A stretch of DNA of 63,902 nucleotides, counting the filler, from Octopus bimaculoides (taxonomy: Eukaryota): the NCBI RefSeq assembly GCF_001194135.2. It is 7 parts of 7 records of this genome, joined end to end, with 100 filler letters (N's around TTAATTAATTAA, not from the genome) between each part and the next. Parts side by side here need not be neighbours in the genome. Positions count along the whole stretch, not along the records: positions 32,883 to 53,463 come from NC_068998.1; positions 53,564 to 59,575 come from NC_068984.1; positions 59,676 to 62,248 come from NC_068995.1; positions 62,349 to 63,902 come from NW_026425559.1; 3 more parts are not named here. One strand, 5' to 3'. Shown in pieces: positions 53,157-63,902 of the stretch (within the stretch, counting starts at the first letter, position 1; each line of letters begins with the position of its first letter). A program made the position numbers and the translations under genes. A model generated the notes under the pieces. It was not told the DNA's origin. It saw nothing but the letters and a program-made list of their open reading frames with translations, and ran no database searches.

Positions 53157-53302
53157 CAACCATAATAGACAAAACACTTCCTAAGATGTCAGATAAGAAA
53201 GCCTGGATTATTGGAAACTGTAAACAATATGGCTACTACCGTATGAACTATGACATAGATAATTGGGAGGCTTTAATAGAACAGCTGAATACTGACCATA
53301 AG
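53157..53302 (+). CDS. M1 aminopeptidase N-like gene, internal exon d (phase 1-0): TIIDKTLPKMSDKKAWIIGNCKQYGYYRMNYDIDNWEALIEQLNTDHK
   Basis: Long polypyrimidine tract plus tttcAG, donor GTttgt, 146 nt. The WxxxNxxQxGYYRxNYDxxNWxxLxxQL motif marks the start of the ERAP1-like C-terminal region of M1 aminopeptidases. Confidence 0.96.
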
Positions 53303-53564
53303 GTTTGTATGCATTATATAAGGATCACAAAGAATGTAGAGAACACTGGATAACCAGCCGGCAGGTTAGCGAATTTGCTACACTTACATCAATGTTGCAT
53401 AAATTTGTAGCCAACACAGTTAGTTCTCAAAAGGCCGAAACGAGTACCAGGTGATATATATATNNNNNNNNNNNNNNNNNNNNNNNNNNNNNNNNNNNNN
53501 NNNNNNNTTAATTAATTAANNNNNNNNNNNNNNNNNNNNNNNNNNNNNNNNNNNNNNNNNNNNA

Positions 53565-54026
53565 CTAATGTCAGAGCTGCCTGACTGGCTCCCATGCTGG
53601 TGGCACATAAAAAACACCATTCAAGCGTGGCTAATGTCAGAGCTGCCTGACTGGCTCCCATGCTGGTGGCACATAAAAAACACCATTCAAGCGTGGCTAA
53701 TATCAGAGCTGCCTGACTGGTACCCATGCTGGTGGCATGTAAAAAACACAATTCAAGCGTGGCTAAGGTCAGAGCTGCCTGACTGGCTCCCATGCTGGTG
53801 GCACATAAAAAATACCATTCAAGCGTGGCTAATGTCAGAGCTGCCTGACTGGTACCCATGCTGGTGGCATGTAAAAAACACCATTCAAGCGTGGCTAATG
53901 TCAGAGCTGCCTGACTGGTACCCATGCTGGTGGCACATAAAAAATACCATTCAAGTGTGGCTAATGTCAGAACTACCTGACTGGTACTCATGCTGGTGGC
54001 ACGTAAAAAGTACTCACTACATTCTC
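53565..54026 (+). repeat. 66-bp tandem array (at least 7 units) derived from a SINE family E segment
   Basis: Units start at 53565, 53631, 53697, 53763, 53829, 53895 and 53961. Consensus CTAATGTCAGAGCTGCCTGACTGGCTCCCATGCTGGTGGCACATAAAAAACACCATTCAAGCGTGG. Confidence 0.95.
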
Positions 54027-54180
54027 CGAGTGGTTGGCTTAAGGAAGGGCATCCAGCCGTAGAAACCTCGCCAAATGAGACTGGGGCCTGGTGCAGCCCC
54101 CCCCCCCCCGGCTTGCCAGTTCAGTCATACAGTCCAACCCATGCCAGCAGGGAAAGGGGATGTCAAACGGTGATGATGAT
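53961..54180 (+). mobile_element. SINE/retroposon family E, 3' part with (GAT)n tail
   Basis: GGTGGCACGTAAAAAG...GGAAGGGCATCCAGCCGTAGAAAC...CCAACCCATGCCAGCA...GATGATGAT, homologous to 54770-54960. Confidence 0.8.
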
Positions 54181-54599
54181 ATATAATGACAGTTACTGAA
54201 ACGTGAAAATAAAGAGAATGCAATAATTTTGCATAAGAGAAAATAGCATAAAGTCACATGACTTTTTACTGACATATTTGACAAGGTTAAGGATGAGCCA
54301 AGGGTAATTGCCCTAAATCAAATTATATTATCACATGTTAATACTGTCTGTCACAGAAAAAAAAAACAAACATAATTGCTTGACAAACTTCTGGTGTCAC
54401 ATAATCACTCCATTAAAACCATCTTTTATTTTTTATGTTTCAGACTGTAGCCATACACAGTACGTGAGAAGACCCGGCAAGGCAAATGAGAGCATAATCA
54501 GTGATCTCTGCCAGAAGTGTAGCCAGCTCACTAATCCGTATCTTTACTTCATTGGACACTAAAAACCCTGCTTGCAAAGACCTGTTGAGGCAAGTGAAT

Positions 54600-54960
54600 T
54601 TGGAATTTGAAATTTGAAATCGAAACGAATCCGACGACTGGCAATCATGCCAACCTCTCCTGGACACTAACAGGTGACCACGACCTTTGGCAATATACCG
54701 TGCTTGTGTTGACCTGTCAAGCCAAGTGAGACCATAGTCGCGGTCGATGACAGTGTCAGATCAATGGCACCCGTGCCAGTGGCATGTAAAAAAACACCCA
54801 CCACACTCTTGAAGTGGTTGGCATTAAGAAGGGTATCTAGCCATAGAAACCTTGCCAAATCAGATTGGAGCCTGGTGCAGCTCCCTGGCTTACCACTTTT
54901 CAGTCAAACTGTCTAACCCATGCCAGCATGGAAAACAGACATTAAATGATGATGATGACT
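54600..54960 (+). mobile_element. SINE/retroposon family E with (GAT)n tail
   Basis: Homologous to 53961-54180. Confidence 0.78.
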
Positions 54961-55521
54961 GATGACAAAGGATAAACCAAGTTGGATGGGAGAGGGGTGC
55001 AAGGGTGTGATGGCAGAAGTAGATTGAGATGATGGATTGGTACGAGGAGCGAGAGAGAGTGATGAGGGAGAGCAAGAGAAATGGATAAATGGTAGGATTG
55101 AAAGGTGAGTGTCAATACGAAGTGGTCAGAGATAGGGACCAGAAGTAAAGGTGGATCTGACCCCTTGAGATCAGTGGGATATCCAGGCTGATGAGGAGGA
55201 GGATGGAAGATAGAGGAGTGGAGCACTGGAAGAATCATTATGGACTGTTTGCTAAGTCTCACTTGGAATATTTTCAAGGATTCTGATTTCTGTTGGCAAG
55301 AAGCAAGTTTTGGGTCACTGATTTGAAATGGATTTTCTCTCAGGATCCTTGCTTTTTGAGCAACTGGTGCTTGATAGAGGGATTCTGCAAAGATTTCCTT
55401 TTCAATAGAAATTGTAGGAAAATTACAAGATTCTTTGCCCTATTTGGTGCCAGGTTTTGCAAGATTCTTCAGACAATAGACCAGAATATCATATTCTGTT
55501 CAGTAAATTTTCAGCCCTTTC

Positions 55522-55730
55522 AATAACACTGAATAATTTTTACTCTTAGTCATTGGGCCACAGCCCATGCTAGAGTAATGCCTTGGAGGGTTTAGGGAAA
55601 CAGATCAACGCCAGTACATGTTTTTTTAAGTGTGGTACTTATTGTATCGATTTTTTTGCTGAACAGCTAAGTCACAGGAACATAAAGAAACCAACACTAG
55701 TGGAGGTGGTGGGGACAAACACAAACATGT
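55522..55730 (-). mobile_element. SINE family B, decayed 3' half
   Basis: Degenerate homology to family B tail. Confidence 0.6.
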
Positions 55731-58700
55731 CTGAAACATCACAAGAGTTGTACTTTTGATGGGGTGGAAGCATGCTCGGGTACAATGTCATTACTCTGAT
55801 TCAGCTTCTTCAGTTGAAGATTTTAAACATCCAACCCAATCTTTGTTTGGATTTCTTTTACAGTTCTTTGTATATTTGGTCTGGAGAACAAGCTCCTTGC
55901 TATCACCGTGCCTAGAATTAGTAACCGAATCCCCGTCAAGCCATACCCTATCATTTTGGAAAATGAAAGGGTGCATTGAATAATGTAGGCCTTGATACAT
56001 TGTCTGAAAGAAGACGAAATGATCATGGGTGGAACACCTTGGGGCTGGCTCCACGTCCCAAATCTCATGGGTTTTTTTTGTTTGCTTTTTTGCCTTTTGT
56101 TTTTTCAGGACTGTAATTTCCATTTTATGAAACAAAAGAAGGTTAAAGATAAAAGAAAGAAAAAGAGGAAAAAGTACTCTTTTCCTTTCCCACGATTTTA
56201 GAGTACTTAATGCGAAACTCCGCCCACTTTGGACCATAACTGATATAGTCAGACATGAAGCTAAACAAATAATGTATTCGAACGATTAAATACGGTTCCT
56301 AAAAAGCGAATAACAACAACGCAAAGCGAAAAATACTTTTAAAAACATTAAGTTATCAAACATCTTAACAGCTCAGGGTCCGTTTCAGTTTCGGACCCTT
56401 GAACCAACCGAAATGACTACTTCGTTACATTTCGGGGATTATTTTTAGTATGTTTTTCTATTTAATTGAGAAAGAAAAGACAAAAAAAAATCGAATCAAA
56501 TCAATTCAGATAAATCACCAATTAACAAGAAGAATAACGAATAAATGAAAGCGACCTTACACTTATGTAAAGCTGAATCGAACGTTTGTCTTCTGTGCGA
56601 TTTTGCAAAAAATGACAAAAACAATAATACTTTAATCGGGTACGGGTAGCTGACAGCAATGTTACATCTGGAATTATATCAAGAGTAGAGGAGGCTGTAA
56701 CTAAGGGAGATCACTACAGACGACAACAAAGCTTCTATGTGATCATTTGACTTGCTAGAAATGGCAGCTAAATCTCCTTTAAACCGGGTTTCATATAGGG
56801 AGCAGTCCTCATCCCCAAATCAAAGATGGATAGCATGTGAGGGTTGTAAAGTGGGCAGGTAAAATACTATGATTAATAAAATTAAGAGGGTTTTTAACCT
56901 CGTCCAACATTATGGTAAAGAAAGAACTATAGAAAGTGGGGAAGGAGAAAAGTGAAGTAACGTTTCGTGGCCTCCAGGTATTTACTAATTTGAGAAACGC
57001 AAATGATTCATGTAGTCAAGGCTATGGTATGGCAGGGGTGACAAAAATAACCGATCGCCACAGCTAAAATACTTTTGGCCATCGATCAACTCAATCAGGG
57101 CGGACCTGAGGCGAAACAACGACGAGGATACAAGAGCTTCTAAGGACTTGGACTTCTTGGCGATCGCCATAAAAAAAAATGTTTCTTTTAACCAAATACA
57201 AATGCCCTATATGTGGAAGGGACTTGAAACGATGGTCCTTCGAAGTAACAGAACTTACAGGAAAGGAAAAGGCATTCCAGTGTTTTATACAACGGAAATC
57301 ATGATATTCTGAAATTTCTAGGGTCTTTTTCTCCCCTCACAAATTTAGTTTTCTTACACTCCCCACCTTACGAAAATGGGGACAAAAACGTACAAAACTG
57401 AAACAACTCCTGTTGTTCGCCCCAACTTTCTCTCACTCTTTCTTCCTGTTTCTTGAGTAAAAGCTGCGATGGACTGGCGTCCCGTCCAGCTGGGGGGGAA
57501 CACATATGCCATGGAGACCGGGAAACCGGCTCTATGCTCCACAAGGGGCAAAAAGGATAAACAACAACGTATATATATATAGAACGGGCTTCTTTCAGTT
57601 TCCATCTACTAATCTACTCACAATGTCGGCCCGTGTCACGCGGTGGGACTAAACTCGGAACTATGTAGTTGAGAAACAAACTTCTTACCACAGTCACGAC
57701 TTTTTTTTTTCTCGAGCCCTAGGACTCTTAAAGCCAGTTACTTGGTTTCCATTGTGTTTAAGTGACCAAGATCAGACGCCAGTCTCTTGGGTTTTAGGCC
57801 AGGAAATTTGAGGGGAGGGGACAAGTCAAATACATTGGCACAAATACTTGACTGGTACTTTATATCATCGACATCCCGAAGGTTTGAAATGCAAAGTTGA
57901 TTTCGGCGGGGTATCCAACGAAATAATGCTGCCAGTTCGCCGCAGTTATATGGACCTAAAGCCCAAGATTGCCACCGAGGGAGAATTGGATGCTATTTCT
58001 AACCATTCGAAAGAAGGCGTAGATACGAAAGATCGCCGTTAAATCTATGGTGTTGTTATGAAGAACATGAATTTGTGTTGGTGCCGAAAGCTTCCAGTTA
58101 AAGCCGGGAGTGTTTAATCGCCACTTACTGGACGTTCAGGGGTTAGGGTTTGGAGAACTCGATTACATTTAAAAGTGGTTTGGAGTGGATAGTGATAAAA
58201 AGCAGCATAGCACAAGTGAGAAAAAACCATCAAGAAAGCCATCGCAGGTTGAAGGCCAGCTTGTGCTAATTACAATACGGAAGTGAGAAAATATACAATA
58301 TACAGTGATCATGAAAATTATATAACTTTGAACCTCTATTTTTGTTTGCTCTGGAGAAAGATATAAATAGCACAAAATCTTATGGCTTTATACCTTTGAC
58401 GAAGAAGTAATTATTAAATTGGAGATAGACAACATTTAAATAACAAAGTGTGTTTAATTTGGTACCTCAAAGTTCTCGTTTCAAACCCTGCCGGCTTCGA
58501 CTGTGATTCTATAAACGACTTCGAGGACATAAATTAAACACCTAAAATAATAAAATCAAAAGCCAGGGGAGGGAGAAACTACGTGACCGCCGCTACATAT
58601 GCTAGAAACAGCAACTAAATTACCCTCAAGTTACCCGATAATAGGTATCGCCTAAAAACAAACGGGACGATCGTATATCCTTCATTATAATTAGTTTATC

Positions 58701-59387
58701 TAAAGTTAACAACAACAGCAGTCGATTTAATTAACTTTGGCACTCCTGTTCCATCCACAAACGTTGTTTTTGTCTCTGATCAAATAAAATTAATAAATAA
58801 TCATGGATCGTCGAGGATCTCTTTGTGTGGTTTTTTTTCTATCGAACTGTTGAAGATGTTATAAAAACAAAACGAAACAAAAAAACTTACTTTTTTTTTT
58901 ATCAATATTTGTTCATATGCTTCTAGTTGGGAAGGTCACTACCCAGATGGAACCAAAACAGTTGTTGCTACTTGTTTATATAGTAATCTCCTAAATTCGA
59001 TCATATGACTTTTTTCCTTTTTTTTTACCTCAATGTTTGTTTAGTCATTACATCCGTTCTAATTCACTTTCTTTCTTCCCTCTCTCTCTCTTTCCTGTCT
59101 TTCTTTCTCAACCCTCGCCCTTTCCTTTCTTACTCTCCTACCTCTCACTCTTTCTTTTCTTACCCCCTCGCTCCTTCCTATCACTCTCTCTCTTCTTCTC
59201 TTTGTCTCTCTTTTTTCCCCCTTCCTAGTTCAACACATGATCAATTCTTTCCTCTGTCACAAAGCACGTGATTTCATGTCATCTATTTATTTATTGTCTT
59301 TATCTTTGAAATTTGACCCGAACAAAGTACAATGAGAAGTTTTTTTTAATCTAAAATGGATATATATATATATATATATATATAAAC

Positions 59388-59436
<49 letters not shown>

Positions 59437-60460
59437 CATATAATGATATCTACCAAATGTATTGGTAAGATACAGAAATGTATACATAGGTAAATAAACT
59501 TTAATATATATGGATTTAGCGTCAAAGCTCTTATTTCAATTTTTTAATATATAAATAGGTCCAGATGGACTATATNNNNNNNNNNNNNNNNNNNNNNNNN
59601 NNNNNNNNNNNNNNNNNNNTTAATTAATTAANNNNNNNNNNNNNNNNNNNNNNNNNNNNNNNNNNNNNNNNNNNNAAAAGTTAGGATCTTCTTTCATTAA
59701 AAATAATAAAAAGAGGGGGAAAAAGAAAGAACGAGAAAGAATGGGCAAAAAAAAATTTTATTGGAATATATTAAAGATAAAATACATTTAAAAAAAAAAA
59801 AACGTCTCGGTTTATTTTCGTTTTCAAAGATTCTATGAAATTGTACTTTTAACTCGAGGAAATGTTAAAAAAATCTGCAGATTATTTCTGTCTCATTGCT
59901 TCTCTTTATTTTTTACGCATCCACGATCTCTCCGTCTCACGTGTACATATATGCATACAAACACATAAGCGCACACACGCAATAGCACACATACACACAT
60001 ATACGCATACTCTCACACGCACACAAGCAAACATACACACACACATACACACACAAAAAATACACAAACATGTATGCACACTCACACACGCAAACATGCA
60101 CACAAAATCAAGCATACAGAATACACGCACACAAACACACACACACACACATATATAAAAGCNNNNNNNNNNACCGATACCCCACACCCCTAATAACCTT
60201 CACCACTATCACACTTCCACACTACTACACAAAATAAGCATACGTCTCACAAAAATCACACACACACATACACCCTTATATACACTTCCATATACTGATA
60301 TATTCCTATCCTTGCGTATCCACATCTGCCCCTCCTTGTTTCTTAATTCCCCGCTGGGGCCTAATTCCCACCTAGTTTCTAACCCATCCTGTTTTATCCT
60401 TTCCTCTCACTGATTATTTTTATTTCGCACTTTCTCTATGCTTTTTGCTGTTTTTTTCTT

Positions 60461-60496
60461 TCTTCTGATGAAAGACTATCTTCCGAAACGTGAAGA
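60461..60496 (+). ncRNA. Degenerate minimal hammerhead-like motif
   Basis: TCTT-CTGATGA-AAGACTATCTTCC-GAAAC-GTG-AAGA: perfect core boxes and stem I TCTT/AAGA. Cleavage triplet is GTG. Confidence 0.5.
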
Positions 60497-61422
60497 TACT
60501 TTTTCTAGTAAAGCGTTTTTCTCATACTGTATTTGTAAAAACATTGTTCCACGTGTGTTGCATTTTTACAGTTCTTTGTATTTACGCTACATACATGCAT
60601 ACATGCATGCATACATACATACATACATACATACATATCGGACGAATTAGCAGAGTTGCTAGGACGTTGAATAAAATACCTCGTGGTATTTTTCCGACTC
60701 TCTGCTCGCTCTTTGTGTTTAAATCAGGCCTGGGTCACTTTGTTTTTCATCATTCCGGTTATCGATAAAAATATTTACGAATCCGTGGCAGAAAATTGGC
60801 GGAATTATTAAAATGTTGGATGAGATGCCTTGCAGCATCTGTTCCAACCGTTTGTGTTCTGACAATAACCCTTGCAACGGCTCTGAAACCATGCTATATC
60901 GGCCCAAGTCGGAAGCTTTTCCTTCTGGTTAAACATCGGTAGCATGGAGAGGAAAGACTTTCATTTATGGGCAATCGCCAGACTTCTTTTAAAAAGAAGA
61001 AGTTTTACCCAAGCACTGCGCATGTAGATACTGACGCATAATCGAATAATCAAGCATTACCAAGAACGGTCCCAGTGTCTAATTGAAACCTTATTGGAAG
61101 GTTTTCAGCTGAAACAATGCAAGCTTTCTATCAACCATTGATCTTCTCAAAAACGTTTTACATTCATTTANNNNNNNNNNNNNNNNNNNNNNNNNNNNNN
61201 NNNNNNNNNNNNNNNNNNNNNNNNNNNNNNNNNNNNNNNNNNNNNNNNNNNNNNNNNNNNNNNNNNNNNNNNNNNNNNNNNNNNNNNNNNNNNNNNNNNN
61301 NNNNNNNNNNNNNNNNNNNNNNNNNNNNNNNNNNNNNNNNNNNNNNNNNNNNNNNNNNNNNNNNNNNNNNNNNNNNNNNNNNNNNNNNNNNNNNNNNNNN
61401 NNNNNNNNNNNNNNNNNNNNNN

Positions 61423-61464
<42 letters not shown>

Positions 61465-62864
61465 CACGTGCATTACTTTATCCCCACACATCTCTGCACA
61501 CAAACTTTGCTAACCCCTCCTATTCTTTCTTTTTTTTTATTGCCAATAAAGTTGTTATAATATATATAGGCCCTTTTATCCTTGTATTTGACCTACATTA
61601 TGAATAGGGATTTTTTTTCTAGAGCAATAATTGCTCTTGTCCGGCCTATGAAATCTGTTGTTTCTGCTTTAATCCGGCTCAAAAAGCCAAGCGTTTTCAA
61701 CACTTCTTTGCATCATTAACCCTTTATCCCTCCTGTTTTAGGGGGTGTACGAAATTTAACAAAGAACAACCCGCCCACAAAAAGAAAAAAAAAACATATA
61801 ATTAAATGTATATATATAATTTTTTTTTATTCAATTAAAAATTATTTATATAGTTACTTTATATCTAATTTCGATAAGAGTGCTTTACGTACAGTTGTGC
61901 GTATACATACTGACATCCATATAGACATACATATTTTATATACATACACATCACACATACACGCATACACACACATACATACATGCATGCATGCATACAT
62001 ACATACATACATACATACATACATACATACATACATAATCTGCGTGTGTCTGTGTGCATGTAAATTAACCTAATCTATTTAAAGTTAAAATCTCTGGAGA
62101 CTTGCGCTAGATTTTTGAAGTGGAACAGAAAAATACAAAACAATAAAACTTTAATAAAAACAAGCGCCATTTTTGGAGTGAAGTGAGTAAGAAGCGAATC
62201 TCTTGTGTTACGTAGTTACATAATTCATTATAATCCCTCGATTAAACTNNNNNNNNNNNNNNNNNNNNNNNNNNNNNNNNNNNNNNNNNNNNTTAATTAA
62301 TTAANNNNNNNNNNNNNNNNNNNNNNNNNNNNNNNNNNNNNNNNNNNNTATATATATATACATATATGAAAGCACGAAACGGGGAGTAATATCACAGTCG
62401 AAAACTGAGGAGGGGTTAGATTTCTTTTGGCATTTTGTCTCGTACTTATCTGTCGTTGTGTGTTCGCGTGTTTTTCACTCTTTGAGTTATTTGCCTATAT
62501 TTACAAATATTTGCAATTCTTATAGAAAAATAATCGTGATTGAAAACTGTAGGAATGTTTCATTCCCTAACCAGACCGGCAAAACACACGATCTTTAGCG
62601 AGACACTTTACGTATGGATGTACCTGATGAGGCCCAGACTGCAAAATGGGTGTAACACAACATGTTGAACGGGATACAACTCGTAAGGGACATTAGCAGG
62701 ATGGATCAAAACGACTGTTGTACAAAATAAAGATTAATATTAAATCCACCTTCTGATGACGTAAGAAATCATTATATACATATATATTTATATATATATA
62801 TTCACATTCATAAGTATTTATGTATTTATACATATATATGTATAAACATATATTCATACGTATA

Positions 62865-63265
62865 TTCTTTTACTCTTTACTCTCTTTTACTTGTTTCAGT
62901 CATTTGGCTGCAGCCATGCTGGAGCACCGCCTTTAGTCGAGCAAATCGACCCCAGGACTTATTCTTTGTAAGCCTAGTACTTATTCTATCGGTCTCTTTT
63001 GCCGAACCGCTAAGTTACGGGCACGTAAACACGCCAGCATCGGTTGCCAAGCGATGTTTGGGGGACAAACACAGACACACAAACACACATACATATATAC
63101 ATATACATATATACGACGGGTTTCTTTCAGTTTCCGTCTACCAAATCCACTCACAAGGCTTTGGTCGGTCCGAGGCTATAGTAGAAGACACTTGCCCAAG
63201 GTGTCACACAGTGGGACTGAATCCGGAACCATGTGGTTCGTGAGCAAGCTACTTACCACACAGCC
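62865..63265 (-). mobile_element. SINE family B (near full length)
   Basis: Reverse-complement homology to 36975-37385. Confidence 0.88.
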
Positions 63266-63597
63266 GTCTGTCCGTCTGTGTATGTGTGTCTGTGTATGTG
63301 AGTCTGTGTATGTGTGTATGTGTGAGTATCAGTTTTCTAAAACAACTACAGGCAACCAAATTAATATATAAACTTTAAGACATCAAAATCTGGAACCAAA
63401 TATTCTTCAGATAAGCTCCAAACCCAGTTTGAAGGAGTTTGCGAGAATTCCGAAGATATTTCCTTCAGCCTGTTTTTATTTTGATAATAAAAAGCTTCTC
63501 CTAACTGACAAACCTATGAAATATTCTTCAATTTCACAGCTTCTATGCTTTAATAGTTGGGTTCAGTTGTTCGTTCTGTATACATTCTACATTTATT

Positions 63598-63845
63598 AAG
63601 GCGGCGAGCTGGCAGAAACGTTAGCACGCCGTTTGTGTGTGTCTTTGTGTCTGTGTTTGTCCCCTTATCACCGCTTGACAACCGGTGTTGGTGTGTTTAT
63701 GTCCCGTAACGTAGCGGCTCGGAAAAAGATTCCGATAGAATAAGCACCAGGCTTAAAACATAAGTTCTGGAGGTTGATCTGTTCGAGAAAAAGGCGGTGC
63801 TCTAGCATGGCCGTGGTCACATGACTGAAACAAGTAAAAGAATAA
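63598..63845 (+). mobile_element. Chimeric SINE: family A head (about 32 bp) joined to family B tail
   Basis: AAGGCGGCGAGCTGGCAGAAACGTTAGCACGCCG runs directly into TTTGTGTGTGTC...CGCTTGACAACCGGTG...GAAACAAGTAAAAG. Confidence 0.75.
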
Positions 63846-63902
63846 GAGACTATAAGAATATATATATATATGGGAGAATATACGAAAAAACAACAACAGA
63901 CG

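Noticed and set aside
53565-54026. CRISPR-like array or repeat protein
   Set aside because: Contiguous 66-bp units have no unique spacers, and there are no cas genes. The DNA is eukaryotic and the unit derives from a SINE.
54443-54562. Strong acceptor followed by a short open frame
   Set aside because: The phase-0 reading stops after 7 codons, and the open frame has no aminopeptidase similarity.
55791-55950. IMMP1L-like signal-peptidase exon (VWLDGD..NS)
   Set aside because: Similarity is limited to a short motif, the following DSRxYGP is absent, and there are no in-phase partner exons.
56985-57310. Coding-like stretch (KCPICG-like)
   Set aside because: Frames are broken and I cannot assign a family. 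It may be an old TE, but this is unsupported.
58139-58153. Telomeric repeat
   Set aside because: Only one TTAGGG unit; the same holds at about 31314.
62626-62770. Two more CTGATGA motifs as hammerheads
   Set aside because: The first lacks GAAA (it has GTAA) and stem I. The second lacks the G10.1-C11.1 pair.

Overview
This is AT-rich, microsatellite-dense, heavily gapped eukaryotic DNA. The SINE and repeat content suggests an octopus scaffold, but that is inference, not a database result. The only well-supported host gene is a plus-strand M1-family aminopeptidase N-like gene. Four consecutive internal exons (46130-46195, 47795-47970, 50196-50296, 53157-53302) splice in frame via GT-AG introns into 163 aa spanning the end of the catalytic domain and the following beta-sandwich region. 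I found no GAMEN/HEXXH exons in the 46 kb upstream and no next exon in the 10.6 kb downstream. The rest is mostly repeats: at least five SINE families (labelled A-E here), decayed non-LTR retrotransposons (R4/Dong-like, HERO-like, RTE-like, I-group-like), a Penelope-like GIY-YIG remnant, a mariner remnant, a pogo/Tigger-like MITE and a Helentron-associated-like element. The most interesting signal is a dispersed set of minimal type-I hammerhead-ribozyme-like motifs (CTGANGA-A-stemII-GAAA-palindrome-H) in pyrimidine-rich Penelope-type terminal units, all apparently degenerate. Other notable items are a 66-bp minisatellite grown from a SINE segment, an inverted SINE pair bracketing a single coding exon, and a (TA)n-centred 86-bp palindrome. 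Six N44-TTAATTAATTAA-N44 spacers and a 301-bp duplication across a gap are assembly artefacts. Almost all listed ORFs are microsatellite or gap artefacts. Repeat boundaries are approximate (about +/-10-20 bp).
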